Below are positions 25,038 through 37,606 of a stretch of 64,000 bases of DNA, one piece after another. The notes under the pieces were generated by a model. It did no database searches. It was not told where the DNA came from and saw nothing but the letters and a program-made list of their open reading frames with translations. The translations under genes and the position numbers were made by a program. Each line of letters starts with the position of its first letter. The first letter of the stretch is position 1. Origin of the DNA: Hypanus sabinus (lineage: Eukaryota); contig NC_082726.1 of the NCBI RefSeq assembly GCF_030144855.1, positions 48,546,001-48,610,000 of the forward strand, written 5' to 3'.

Positions 25038-27534
25038 CTCTACTACTTCCCTATGCACATATTTCCACAGATTCACTACTCTACAGTGTTGATTATGGTC
25101 ATTTGACCTCACTAAGGCTCCAATATTCATTGTGCCCATAGAATTCAGCATTTACCGTATGGTTATGCTCTTGTGTTTCTAAGTGTTTATTAGGGAAGTC
25201 AACTAATGCAGGAAACAAGCTGCTGTTAACTAAAAAGTTGAGAATTTGAAATAGGAACTGGGAAGTATGCTGATGGAAGATGAGTGAAAATTTCTTGATT
25301 AGATTTGACTCCTGGGACTAATCCATCTTCTGAAGTGATCAAGTTTCTTTTAACCTGTCACATGTTGATTCTTTATACCCATAGTTCTGAATTACTGGAA
25401 AGGAACAGGAATCTCTCTTGGGCCAAATTTAGAGTCTCAGCTCCTTTGAAACGGCCACAGCTTCTGTATGCCTGACACCGAGCTCTTGAAACAGAAACTG
25501 TTACGAGGAGTATATACCATGTGGTCAAAGAAAGAAAAAGATTCAAGGTGGTGCTCAAGGTCACCTGGAGGAATGCAGTATCCCCACTAACTCCTACAAA
25601 TTAATAATGACTCAGGGAAGAGTAAGTGTATTCAGGAGACTCAAAAGACTGCAGATGCTGTAATCTGGACTAACAGACAAAATGTCGGAGGAACGCAGCA
25701 GGTCAGGCAGCATCCATGGAGGGAAATGGACAGTCAATCTTTCAGGTCAAAACCCTTCATCTGGACTGGAGGAAAGCTGCTTCAAAATGGGCATACCTTG
25801 AAGAGACCTTCCAGTGAAATACTACAATGGATATGCAGGAAGATTTGCATTCACTTTGGCATTCTGGGTTCCAAGATGTCTATTGAGATCAATGTGGAAT
25901 TGCAAACTCTTCCCTAGATGGGACAGGTAGTCAAAGGCTTTCAACTTGAAATATCAACTGTTCATTTCCCTCCATGAATACTGTCTGACCGCTTGAGTTC
26001 CTCCAGCATCCTCTAGCATCTCAAAGGTTGTTCTAGGTGCATTCAGGGATGGTATTGAGAACTTCAACTCTATGCATCAGGAGCATATGGAAGCTCATGT
26101 AAGTGGACCACCTCACAAACTCCACACCCTCCAAGCTATAAGAGCATCTGCCTGTCCCCTCTAGGATGTCAAAGATGAAGAGGGCCTGAAACTGTTCCTC
26201 TTTCCATAGATGATGCTTGTCCTCCTAAGATTTTCCAGCAGTTTTTATTTTTATCTAACAGTTGGATTGCACTTGCTGGGTGCTTATTGAAGACCAAATG
26301 GAAGTAATTAACTTTATCAGGTACTTGAGAAAATAAAGAGTGAAGAAACCAGTTGAAATCAAATTCAGGACAATTAGCAGAAGTATGGAGCAGAGGAGTT
26401 AGGACATCAGCAGTTCAGACAGCATCTATGGAGAGGAACAAAGAGCTGACATTTCAGGCTGAGACCCATCTTCAAGTCCTGATTGAAGGTTCTTAGTCTG
26501 AAATGTCGGCTCCATAGAGGCTGCCTGAACTGCTGATTTCCTCCAGCATTTTGTGTGTGTTGATCTGGATTTCCAGCATCTTCAGAATCTCTTGTGTTTG
26601 AGATTAGGGCATTCTTGTTTTTTTTTGGAAGGGGAGGTAGGGAATGGAGGAACGTGGGGAGAAGCACATGTGATCACTGTAAATGATGAGCTAACGAGCT
26701 TCCTTCTGCATTACAGATCTCCATAAAGAGAAAAATAGATTTGTTCAGATATGATCAAATGGCCGTGAAAGCTTGCGGACAGTCTTTCTCTTGACAAGCA
26801 AAGTCTTTTGAAAAGAATGAGGCCTATTGCCAACTTTAAACTGAGGCAGGAAATCACAGTTACAAGAGATAACATCTTGAGAAAAGTATACCCAAGTTCA
26901 GACATAGTGCTGGCAAATAGGTGCACTGCTGCAAGAAAGCAACATCCATCATCAAAGTCCCCCACTATGCAGACCATGGCCTCTTCTCACATCTACCATC
27001 AGGAAGGATTTGCAGAAGCCTTCAGTCCCACACCACCAGGTTCAGGAGCAGTTATTACCCTATAACCATCAGGCCCTAGAACAGGTTTAAATAACTACTC
27101 TTATCTGATTCTGTGATCTACAGACTCATTATTAAGGGCTGCTTGTAATTCATGTTCTGAGTATTTTTCATTTGCAGTTTGTCTTTTGCACATTGATTGT
27201 CAGTCTTCATCCATTTATATATAGTTTTTCATAACTTCTACTGGATTGCTTTTTTTCTGTAACTTTTTTTCCTGAAATTAATCTTGTGGCAGTGTATGGT
27301 AACATATATGCACTTTGATAATAGAATATCTTTGAACTTTGAGGTTACTTGATTTCACGTTCAGTACTGTACATTAGGCACCAACACAGGCACAAAGATT
27401 TGAACTGCTATTGCTGTCCCAAACATCATTCCTCGTGCAGGACAGTCAGAGCCAAATAACACAGATCATTTTTGCAAATCATAGCTGGCCCATAATTCTT
27501 AACTCAGTGATATTTATGTAATTCATACAATAAT

Positions 27535-29160
27535 CAGAATGAGGTTTAATACCACAGGCATGTCGTGAAATTTGTTCACTTAGTGGCAGCAGTACAATGC
27601 AATATATGATAAATATAGAAAAAATAAAAGAATTACTGTAAGTATATGTATGTATATTAAATAGTTAAATTAAAAATAGTAGTGCAAAAATAGAAATAAT
27701 AAAAAAGTAAAGTGTTGTTCATGGGTTCAATGTCCATTTAGAAATCATATGGAGGATTGATTTGTGTTCCCTTGTATTGCCCTTTCTGAAGTCCACAATC
27801 AGCTCTTTGGTCCTACTGACATTGAGTGCCAGGTTGTTGTTGCGACACCACTCAATTAGCTGTTATCTTGCTCCCGTACGCCCTCTGGTCTCCATCTCTG
27901 ATTCTGCCAATGATGGTAGTATCATCAGCAAATTTATAGATGGCATTTAAGCCATACCTAGCCACACCATCATGGATATAGAGAGATTAGAGCAATGAGC
28001 TAAGCACACATCCCTGAGGTGTACCAGTGTTGATCATCAGCAAGGAGAAAATGTATTTACTAATCCGCATCGTGTGGTATTTCGGTTAGGAAGTCAAGGA
28101 TCCAGTTGCAGAAGGAGGTACAGAGGCCCAGGTCCTGTAGCTTTTCGATCAGGACTGAAGGAATGATGGTGCTGAACGTTGAGCTACGGTAAATGTACAG
28201 CATCCTGACATAGGTGTTTGTATTGTCCAGGTGATCTAAGGCCTCGTGAAAAGCAATTGAGATTATGTCTCAATGTCTACTGTGGCAATAGACAAATTGC
28301 TAAAGCAGCAGTTGATTCTAGCCATGACCAACGTCTCAAAGCATTTCATCACCATAGATGTGAGTGCTACTAGACAATAGTCATTGCGGCAACTTACTCG
28401 CACTACTTTTCTTGGGCACTGGTATAATTGTTGCTCTTTTGAAGCTTCCTACTGCAGTAGTGAGAGATTAAAAATGACTTTGAGTACACCCGTCAGTTGT
28501 TTGGCCAAACTTGTTTGGCACAAGTTTTCAGAACTTCTATTGATGTGTGGTGGAGAGCATATTGACTAGCTGCATCACAGCGTGGTATGGAAACACCAAT
28601 GTCCTTGAATGAAAAATCCTACAAAAAGTAGTGGATTTGGCCCAGGATATAATGGGTAAAGCCTTCACCATCTTTGAGCACATTGACATGGGATACAGTT
28701 GCGAGAAAGCAGCATCCATAATCAAGCACTCCCACCACCTTGGTCACGCTCTCTTCTCTCTGATGTCTTCAGGAAGAAGGTACTCACACTATGAGGTTCA
28801 GGAACAGTTAGTATCCCTCAACTGCCAGGCTCCTGAACCAGGGAGAATAACTTCACTTGCCCCATCACTGACTGTTCCCATGACTCACCTTTCAGGACTC
28901 TTCATTACATGTTCTCAATATTTATTGCTTGCTTATTTATGTATTTAATATTATTATTTATATTACTTTTTTTTCCTTCTTTTGTTATTATACAGTAAAA
29001 TTGCCTTTTCCACACTGGTTGTCCACCCTATTGGTGCAGTCTTTCATTGATTCTATTATGGTTATTGCATTTATTAAATATGCCTGCCAGAAATTCAATC
29101 TCAGGGTTGTATATGGTGATATCTATGTACTTTGATAATAAATTTACTTTGAACTTTAAA
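27535..29160. mobile_element. Cluster of Rex1-like LINE fragments (minus ~27535-28530, plus ~28530-29160)
   Basis: RT-like sequence on the minus strand (KFADDTTIIG..., DFRK) and FY.CVVESILTSCITAWYG on the plus strand, ending in a ttgataataaatttactttgaacttt tail. Confidence 0.7.
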
Positions 29161-30309
29161 TTTGCATCCAGTTCTGGTTGTTTGGAAAGTTATGAGCTCC
29201 CAGAAATGGCGCAGAGGTATTTACTGGCATTATTCCAAGATCATTAATTTTTGGCTGCCAGATTGAACTGGTGAAACTATGGTTGCACTGTTTAGAGAAA
29301 GCAAAAATTAGAGGAAATTTTTTAGAGATATATGAAACCTTGTTAGATTTAGATAGGGTAGATTGAGGGATGTTGTTCCCATCATGAAACCACTGGGACA
29401 CAGTTTAACTTTTTTTTTTGCAATATGATACAAAAAAAATGTAGGAACTTTAACTCAGATCTGGAATCCAGCACTGAGCACCTCCAGGAGCAGTGGAAAC
29501 TGTCACTTATTGTTTTCAAGTCGGAAATGGAGGGGCATGAACTGAAGGGCATAAATTTAAGCTGAGAGGGGGAAAGTTTAAAGGAGATGTGTGGGGCACC
29601 TTAATTTTACACATAGTGGGAGATGCCTGAAAAACACTGTAAGGCTAGTAGTAACATCAGACAGACACTACAGTGGTACTTAAAAAGCATGTGAAGATGC
29701 AAGGAATGGAGGGATATGGACCACGTGCAGGCAGATTGGTTTAGTATCATTTGGCATCATGGTCAGTGCAGGCAATGGACCAAAACACCTGTTCCAATGC
29801 TGCACTGTTCTATGTTCTGTATGAAAAAGGCTGATACACAGGCGGTGGGGAAAGAGCAGGAAGATAATCGGTGGGATTACTCCGGTTCAGGCCAACACAT
29901 TCTTGATAGTGTGAATGGCCTCTTCCTGTGCCATAAGAATTCTGTGATTCTATGAAATATGTCTGACAGGGATATGGATCTGCAGCTTACTGAATATCCC
30001 GCCTCACTTCCCCTGGGGAAACACTTTCTTCCAATAATAACTCTGCATGCATCCAGAAATCAGGCATTCTTTTTCACTCCAGCTTCCCATATGCACTTTC
30101 TACTAGAACTGGACGCAGTATTCTAACTGCAGCTTAACTAATATTTTAGTGCAACATCCTGGCTTTAGTAATCTCTTAATAAAGCTAAGGATGCCTTCAT
30201 TTTCTAACAGCCTTCCCAACCTTAACAAACTTGCCACAGCATCTCAAATATGGTTCTTATCCTGCTTCTCTGAAGTCAGTTGAGCAATCAGAAACCATCT
30301 TTGCACAGA

Positions 30310-30478
30310 CACAAGAGATTCTGCTGATGCTGGAAATCCAGAGCAACGCACAAAATTATAGAGGAATTCAGGTCAGGCAGCATCTATGGAGCCAAATAAA
30401 CAGGTGATGTTGACTGTTCATTCCGCCCGTAGATGCTGCCTGACCTGCTGAGTTCCTCCAGCGCTTCCTGTGTTGCTC
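30310..30478. mobile_element. Short palindromic Penelope-terminus element
   Basis: Same inverted arms; TSD TCTTTGCA[C/A]AGA (30298-30309, 30479-30490). Confidence 0.75.
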
Positions 30479-32174
30479 TCTTTGCAAAGAACAGGTACAT
30501 CAAAGAGCAATACAAATAAATCAATTCCCCAACCATTTCCATTTTTTCTCAGTACAATTTACTGTGGTAATTCTATTTCTTGTTAACCCTGTCGGACAGC
30601 GAGCTTACTTTTTAAAAAACTGATGGTTTCTCTGGTGGTAATCATCTCTTAGAGTTTGTTAGGATTATTCTGCATGCCATTACCTGACTTGTATAGAAAG
30701 TTAAGAACAGGAAACCTCAATGTAACAAGGTACATAGGGTTCTGCACAATTTGTGACTTGCATTTTGCATCAAAGCTATAATTAGCAAATTCAGTTGAAC
30801 TTTCTGGTGCCTCGGTCCTTCCATTTATTTCCTTTCTGATATTATCCTTCATAGCTTTTCAGATTGGATTTAAGCAATGCAACGAGATACGAGTTGCTTC
30901 GTGTTAAAAGGAGATCTTAATGGAGAGATCCCTTTGGAAATCGAACTTCAGGACTGACAGGAAAAGCTTTTCTGTCCTTTTTTTTAACTAAATTCTGCAT
31001 ATTCACATAATATAACGTAATAAATCAAATTCAGTTTTGGTAGTAAGCAATCTCTCAACCTGCTGGTGTTCTTTGGACTCAGAATATTAAATAGTACAGA
31101 AGAGGAACAGGCCCTTGGGCTCTCAATGTTGTGCTGAACTAATTAAGCTAATGATGCCTAATTAAACTAATCTCTTCTGCCTACACACGGTCCATATCCC
31201 TCCATTATCTTCATATTCATCTTCCTTCCTAAGAGTCCCTTAATCGTAGCTGCCTCAACTGTTACACCTGGCAGCACATTCCAAGCATTCACCACTCTTT
31301 GTGTAAAAAAAAAACTTATCCCACATGCCTTTGAAATTTTCCCTTCTCACCTGAAATGCTTGCCCTGCATATTGGACATTTCGATCCTTCTTATAGTGAA
31401 GGTACTTGTCCACCATGCTATTGGATAGGAAGTCCCATGATTTTGATCCAGCAATGCAATGTGCTTTTGACTCAGATGTCCAAGACTGTCAGGGAAATAG
31501 ACAGATGATTGTGAGCCCCTGTCCTTCAAGGTAGTTAAAACTGTGAATTTGGCAGACATTGCTACAGAAGCAATGGCAAGTTGCTCAAACATATCTGTTG
31601 GGTGTCACGCACGGCTTGCTACTGGTGGAGTGACAGTGGAGAATTTGCGAGCCTGTCAAGCAGGTCACCTTCAGAGTTCCCTCTAATTTAATGACCAGCA
31701 CATGCAGAAGTCTTGTGCTGTGCAGTTTTTTGCCCAGTGACAACATGTGCGCACTGAACTAAACCATTCCACTATAAATGAACTAGCAGTTCTTTTGCAC
31801 TTCACCCTCTTTGGTTCTTTGAAATTTGACAAAGTGAATCAATTATTTCTTCAACAAAAACAGTATAAATAAGCTAATTATAGGCTAACATCAGGTAACT
31901 GACAAAAGGGTGTGATGAAAGGACATGAGCACGAATAATATTGTTGGCCATCATTTCTTTTTTTGAACAACCTTAACATTAATGCCCAGAATTGCAAGTG
32001 CAAGCCGCATTTTTATAACTTTAAGGATGGTACAAAACTTGGCAGTGTTGTGCACCATAAACAGAAGTGACAGGTTGCAGTACGATATGCAGCACACTGG
32101 TTGAGTGGGCAGAAGAATGTTAGATGATGTTTCTTGCAGAGAAGTGTGAGGAGACTGAAGGGAAGCTATATATT

Positions 32175-33215
32175 TAGCCTGCCTGTTACGCAACTAGCAT
32201 TTAGAGCGGTAATGAAGGTCCTCCATCTCTGGCAGTGTTCAGGAATTCTTCCTTCGTCATATCAGTAGCTTCCTCTCGGTTTTCACTGCTGTCCATCATC
32301 CAAATCCCAGGTGGAGACTCAGGAATACCATCACACTCAGATGTAGCATGATTCTTTATTGCTGTTTCTGTAACGGTTTTGTTTTACCAGAATCAGAATC
32401 AGGTTTATTATCACTGGCATGTGTCGTGAAATTTGTTAACTTAGCAGCAGCAGTTTAATGCAATGATAATTTCTTCTATACATAATAGAGAAGAAAAATA
32501 AGTAAAAGTAAATAAATAAGTAATTAGAGTATGTATATTGAATAGATTAAAAATCGTGCAAAAACAGAAATAATATATATTAAAATAGGGAGGTAGTGTT
32601 CATGGGTTCAATGTCCCTTTAGGAATCTGATGGCAGAGGGGAAAAAGCTGTTCCTGAATCGCTGAGTGTGTGCTTTCAGGCTTCTGTATCTCCTACCTGA
32701 TGGTAACAGTGAGCAAAGGGCATGCCCTGGGTGCTGGGGGGTCCTTAATAATGGATGCTGTCTTTCTGAGACAATGCTCCTTGAAGATGTCCTGGGTACT
32801 TTGTAGGCCAGTGCCCAAGATGGAATCGATTAAATTTACAACCCTCTGCAGCTTCTTTCAATCCTGAGCAGCAGCCAGCACCCCTCCCATACCAGACAGT
32901 GATGTAGCCTCTCAGAATGCTCTCCACGGTACATCTGTAGAAGTTTTTAAATGTTTTTGTTGACATACCAAATCTCTTCAAACTCCTAATGAAGTATAGT
33001 CAGGGTTGTTAGCCCTGGGCTGAATCCCCTCCAAACCTGAAGGGCCAGTAGATCACTCTTAGTCTGCCCTCTACCCTTTGACCTGGTTGACATGGGTGAC
33101 CCTACTAAGAGCCAAAGCATGATGTCCTGACTCCGGCCAATATACTGTAGCTCTCTGGGTCATTGAGGCACACAGGCCTCTAAACCACAATGAGGTTGTG
33201 ATCCCCTTGGAGAAG
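32175..33215 (-). mobile_element. Bipartite non-autonomous RTE-derived element (~430 bp) interrupted by a Rex1-like fragment at ~32391-32999
   Basis: Minus strand begins with an RTE-type 5' UTR (ggggatcacaacctcattgtgg...gggctaacaaccctg) and ends with an RTE ORF C-terminus-like CQRWRTFITALNAS. The halves rejoin at ttttaccag|tcagggttg. Confidence 0.65.
32391..32999 (-). mobile_element. Rex1/Babar-like LINE 3' fragment
   Basis: ORF 32745..32981 KRFGMSTKTFKNFYRCTVESILRGYITVWYG is a typical Rex1-clade RT C-terminus. Confidence 0.8.
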
Positions 33216-36200
33216 AGGCAATGTATCATAAAGGATAATGGGGTGAAGAAGCAAACAATCCTGGAAAGATGTGTGCATAAGTTATTTGGATGTGGCAGGA
33301 TATGTTGAGAAAGTGATTAATGCAGTATATTGAATTTTGGCTTTATTAATAGAGTATAAAATCAGAGATGTAACACTAAGCATTTAAAAAGAAATTATCT
33401 AGCCTTAACTGGAGTATTATGTTTAGTTCTTGTCACCACATTATCTTTCAATTATTGGTAAATCATCCAGTTACTGAGATTTTACCAATAGTTGCAATTA
33501 ATGGGCATGCAACTGATTCTGAGGAGATTGATTAACTCAGTGAAAAGGGGCAGATGAACAAATCCATAACATGTAAAAAGTGCAAGCAGTTTGAAAGTGC
33601 ATTTATTGTTCATCAATCATGTTATTACTGAATGCCATTGCCTTAGTCCTCTGCATTCCCAGCTACTCCCAGTAACCTTTCACCCCGTTTATCAAGAAAT
33701 CTATCTACCTTTGCCTCTAAACATTCACCTGCTTTGTTTCCACTCCCTCTGAGGAAAAGAACTGCAAAGAATCATGACTGTAAAAAAAAAACCTCTTTGC
33801 CTAAAATAGATGACATCATATTTTTTAACAATGACCCTTGGTTGTAGATTCTGTCCACAAGAGGAAGCTGAGAGTTGACGCCCAATGTTTTCTTTAATAA
33901 CTGAAGATATCTCTATCTGCCAGCCAGTGAAGACAGAAAGAACACACCCAAATTAACCCTGTGTTAATTCTAAATATCTTCATAGAGAGACAGAGAAACT
34001 GGTATAAGCCATTTCCCGTATTATGCGTGACATGGTAAATGAAGGAAGTGTAAATATTTATAAATGATGATCTCAACTCACCAAAAATGAAAACATCAAG
34101 CCTACTGAATCATCTTGCAGGCAATGACACAGAGTTTAGACTCAGAAACAGGTTATTCAGTCTGTCTCTTTTGTACTGGTGTTAATTCTTCAGAAAAGCC
34201 TCCTCCCATTCCCGATGAAGAGACTGGACCCAAAATGTTGACTGTTGACCCCTTTCCGTAGATGCTGCCTGACCTGCTCAGTTCCTCCAGCATTTTTTTA
34301 CATGTTACTCCCATTCCCTACTCTTTTGGACTTTTCTCCCTGACCAGCTTCACTTTAAGTGAATCTCTGCAGTTCACATTAAATGCTCCTTGTACCACAC
34401 TGCAATGACTCCAAAATTAATAGTCCAGGATCTGAAATCTAATAACAAACAAATAATAGAGTTGGATCCATAAATTTTCAGGTATTGAGTGAGCTTCTTT
34501 GTAGAATCTAACCCAATGTTTTGGCTAGGTAACCAGACGATATTAGTCCCAATAATAAGTGGTCATGTCATTTTCCTCTGCCTGAATTTAAGTCAGTGAA
34601 GTATTGAAAAACACAGTTAAGCATTTCTATGAGAGTAGAACAGGTATTTTTATTTGTTAATTTTTTTCAATTCCTTTGAAGCTAATTTTGATATAAAACT
34701 GTTACTACTTTAAACTTTAGAAAAGTAATGAAAAAAGACAAGTCCGAAGTAATTTACATATATTTTGAATAATTAACCCATACGGTTAAAACATACGTTG
34801 TATATTTTGTTACATAAAAATATCATCCATATGTTGTGTCCAAGGGCATTTGATATTTGTAATTTTACACTGAAGGGTATGAGGCAGAGTACTCAGTTGA
34901 AGAAGAATTACTGAACTAAGATCTGGAAACTATACATTTTCTCAGCCATCTTAAGTTGTCTTTTATTTTTGGGTCTTACTTCCCTACCCAAACATCAAGC
35001 ATGCACTGAAAGTGCGGCAGCAAGATGATGTACCCCTCCCCAAATAATCAATAAATTTATGTTTCTGTGCATGATAATCTATCTAGAACAATAGCTGTCA
35101 AATTTAACTTCCTCCAAAGTGCCTGCAACGTGTTAATTCAACATTTGACAGTGTTCAGAAGAAAATAATACCAATTTAAATGAAAAAAAATTGTCATTGC
35201 ACATAAAGGATGAGGTGAATTTTAAAATATTTGTCCCATTAAGTCTCCCTCCTATAATACTCCTCCCACTATATCTCTGTGAAGGTTTACCATCTTAGCA
35301 ACAAGGATATCCATGTGACATACATCCCCATTAGGACATGGCTTTGAATAACCCACAGCCTAGAACAATTACACAAATTGATATGACTCTTGGATAGATG
35401 AGGTTGCAGTTACAGTATATACAATGCCTGTTACTTATATACAAATATTTGAATGGAACAGCATATGTCAACAATAAAGCAAACCATTTCCATCTCCCAT
35501 CAAATACTTCCATGGAAAGTCAATGTACATGTAGTTGAAAGAGGAATGCTGCCTAGGCAACCATGAAGAATTGTTCCCAGAGGAATTACCATGGGATATT
35601 TAAACATCAAGAGTAAAATTTGCATTATTTTCTGGAATTTTCCAAACCACTTCATAGAGTATGTGTGAAGTACTGTTTAAGTCAAAAGTACAAGGAGTAA
35701 CTTGTGCTCCTGTAAATAGCTACAAAGAAATGACTGGACAAGTTTTAGATGAGGGATTAATATAGGCAGGTACAATTCCTCAAGTAATGCACCCTGAAGA
35801 GAAAGGCAGAGCTGCATTTGAACATTGCATCCTAAAGGCAATACCAGAGTGGGAATGCCAGTGTGAATCTTTGAACAGAGAGTTTGGATGAATGGTGCAA
35901 CACACACAAAATGCTGAAGGAACATAGCTGGTCAGGCAGCATCCATAGAAAAGAGTAAACAGTTGACATTTCGGGCCAGGACCCTTCATCACAACTCATT
36001 GTTGAGTGTTGCTTTGATTTCGAGCATCTACAGATCTACTGTTATTTGTTGAATGAAGAGTGATTTGGAGGCAAGAGTCCTATCAACTATTTGTGGGATG
36101 TTGCTGTGTACAAATTAGCTCTTGTATTTGCTTCATTACAAAAGTCACCTCATTTCAAAGTGCTCTTTCTTAGCTGTGAGCATCTTAGGACGTTTGAAAA

Positions 36201-36380
36201 TGGAAGTGTAAGGCAATGATATAAGTACTCTTACCTTATTCTTCAGTAAGTAAAATGCCTAAAATTGTGCTTATTTTCAAGTGCAATATAACTTGCAGGA
36301 AAATACTTTAAGAAAGCCTCATTAGATTTTACACTTTCCACCAACTATATTAGCAGAGAAACCAACACTGCTCTAATCAG

Positions 36381-36797
36381 CGATTTCTCCTTCTGGTGAA
36401 CAAAATTCCCTCCCCCACGCCTTCCTCTATTTCCCACTCTAACCTTTTACTTCTTCCCACCTGCATATTACATACCCCTGGGATGCCCCCCACCCCTTCC
36501 CTTTCTCCTATTGTCCACTCTCCTCTCATATCTGATTCTTTCTTCTCCGGCCCTTGGCCTTTCCCAACCACCTGGCTTCACCTATTACCTTCCAACTTGT
36601 CCTCCTTCCCCTTTCCCCACCTTTTTATTCAGGCATCTTCCCCCTCCCTCTCTGTCCTGAAGAAGGGTCTTGGCCTGAAACATCTGCTGTTTACTTTTTT
36701 CCCCATAGATTTTGCCTGGAGTGCTGAGTTCCTCCACCATTTTGTGTGTGCATTGCTTTGGATTTCCAGCATCTGCAGATTTTCTTGTGTTTGTGTT
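36381..36797 (+). mobile_element. Penelope-like 3' UTR fragment, single orientation
   Basis: Pyrimidine-rich UTR, degenerate ctgaagaagggtcttggcctgaaac motif and family terminus; flanked by CTGCTC[T/C]AATCA. Confidence 0.7.
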
Positions 36798-37414
36798 CTG
36801 CTCCAATCATGTTTAGAAGGCTGACTGCCATAGGCCGTAATGAACTGTGCCATAATGAGTACAGTATTCTAGAAATGCATAGCAGGTCTGATTGCACCGA
36901 AAGATAAAGACAGAAAAATCTTCAGGAAGAGGCTAGAAATCAGAATGGTCTTCCTGGTCTCAAGCATTACTTGAGGAATTGTACTGGCTTTTATTTATCC
37001 CTCATCTACAAAGTAAGTACCTGGTCTTCCCACTTTCAGCAACACATAGAGAAGACACCAAGTCCATGGTGTCCACACTCTTTGTGTATGTGGTCCTATG
37101 ACTACAGCTCATTCATTTGATGAGGGTTTCAGGCACCAAGTTTCAGTCCCCAACTACACTTAAGATTAAAAAAGTCTGTATTCAGCTCTTTTCTAATTAT
37201 TTTACTAATTACCTTTTACTATGCCTCAAGGTATTAACCTCTCTGTTGAAAGAAATGGCCACATCTTTTAAATTTTCCTCCATGGTTTTCTGTCTCAGAG
37301 AAAATAACCTCCCATGTAACCTCCCATTCCTCATACCTGAAATTCTATAAAGTTTGGAAGCACCCTCATTAATCTCCTTGCAGTTACCGATGAGTCTGCT
37401 GTGCACTTTAAACA

Positions 37415-37606
37415 AGCAGCACACGCAAAATGCTGGGAGGAACTCAGCAGGCCAGTCAGCACCTATGGGGGAAAAAAGTACAGTCGACGTTTCAGGCCAA
37501 AATCCTTCAGCAGGACTGTGTACATTTTTCTATAGATGCTGCCTGAGCTGCTGAAATCCTCTAGCATTTTGTGTGTGTCCAGCATCTGCAGATTTTTTCT
37601 TGTTTA
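37415..37606. mobile_element. Short palindromic Penelope-terminus element
   Basis: Same inverted arms; minus-strand hammerhead-like core ACAGUC-CUGCUGA...GAAACGUC-GACUGU; TSD TGCA[C/T]TTTAAACA (37402-37414, 37607-37619). Confidence 0.78.

Noticed and set aside
30649-30852. Small ORF in repeat-free sequence, as a second nested gene (C10orf105-like)
   Set aside because: No transmembrane segment, homology or splice evidence.
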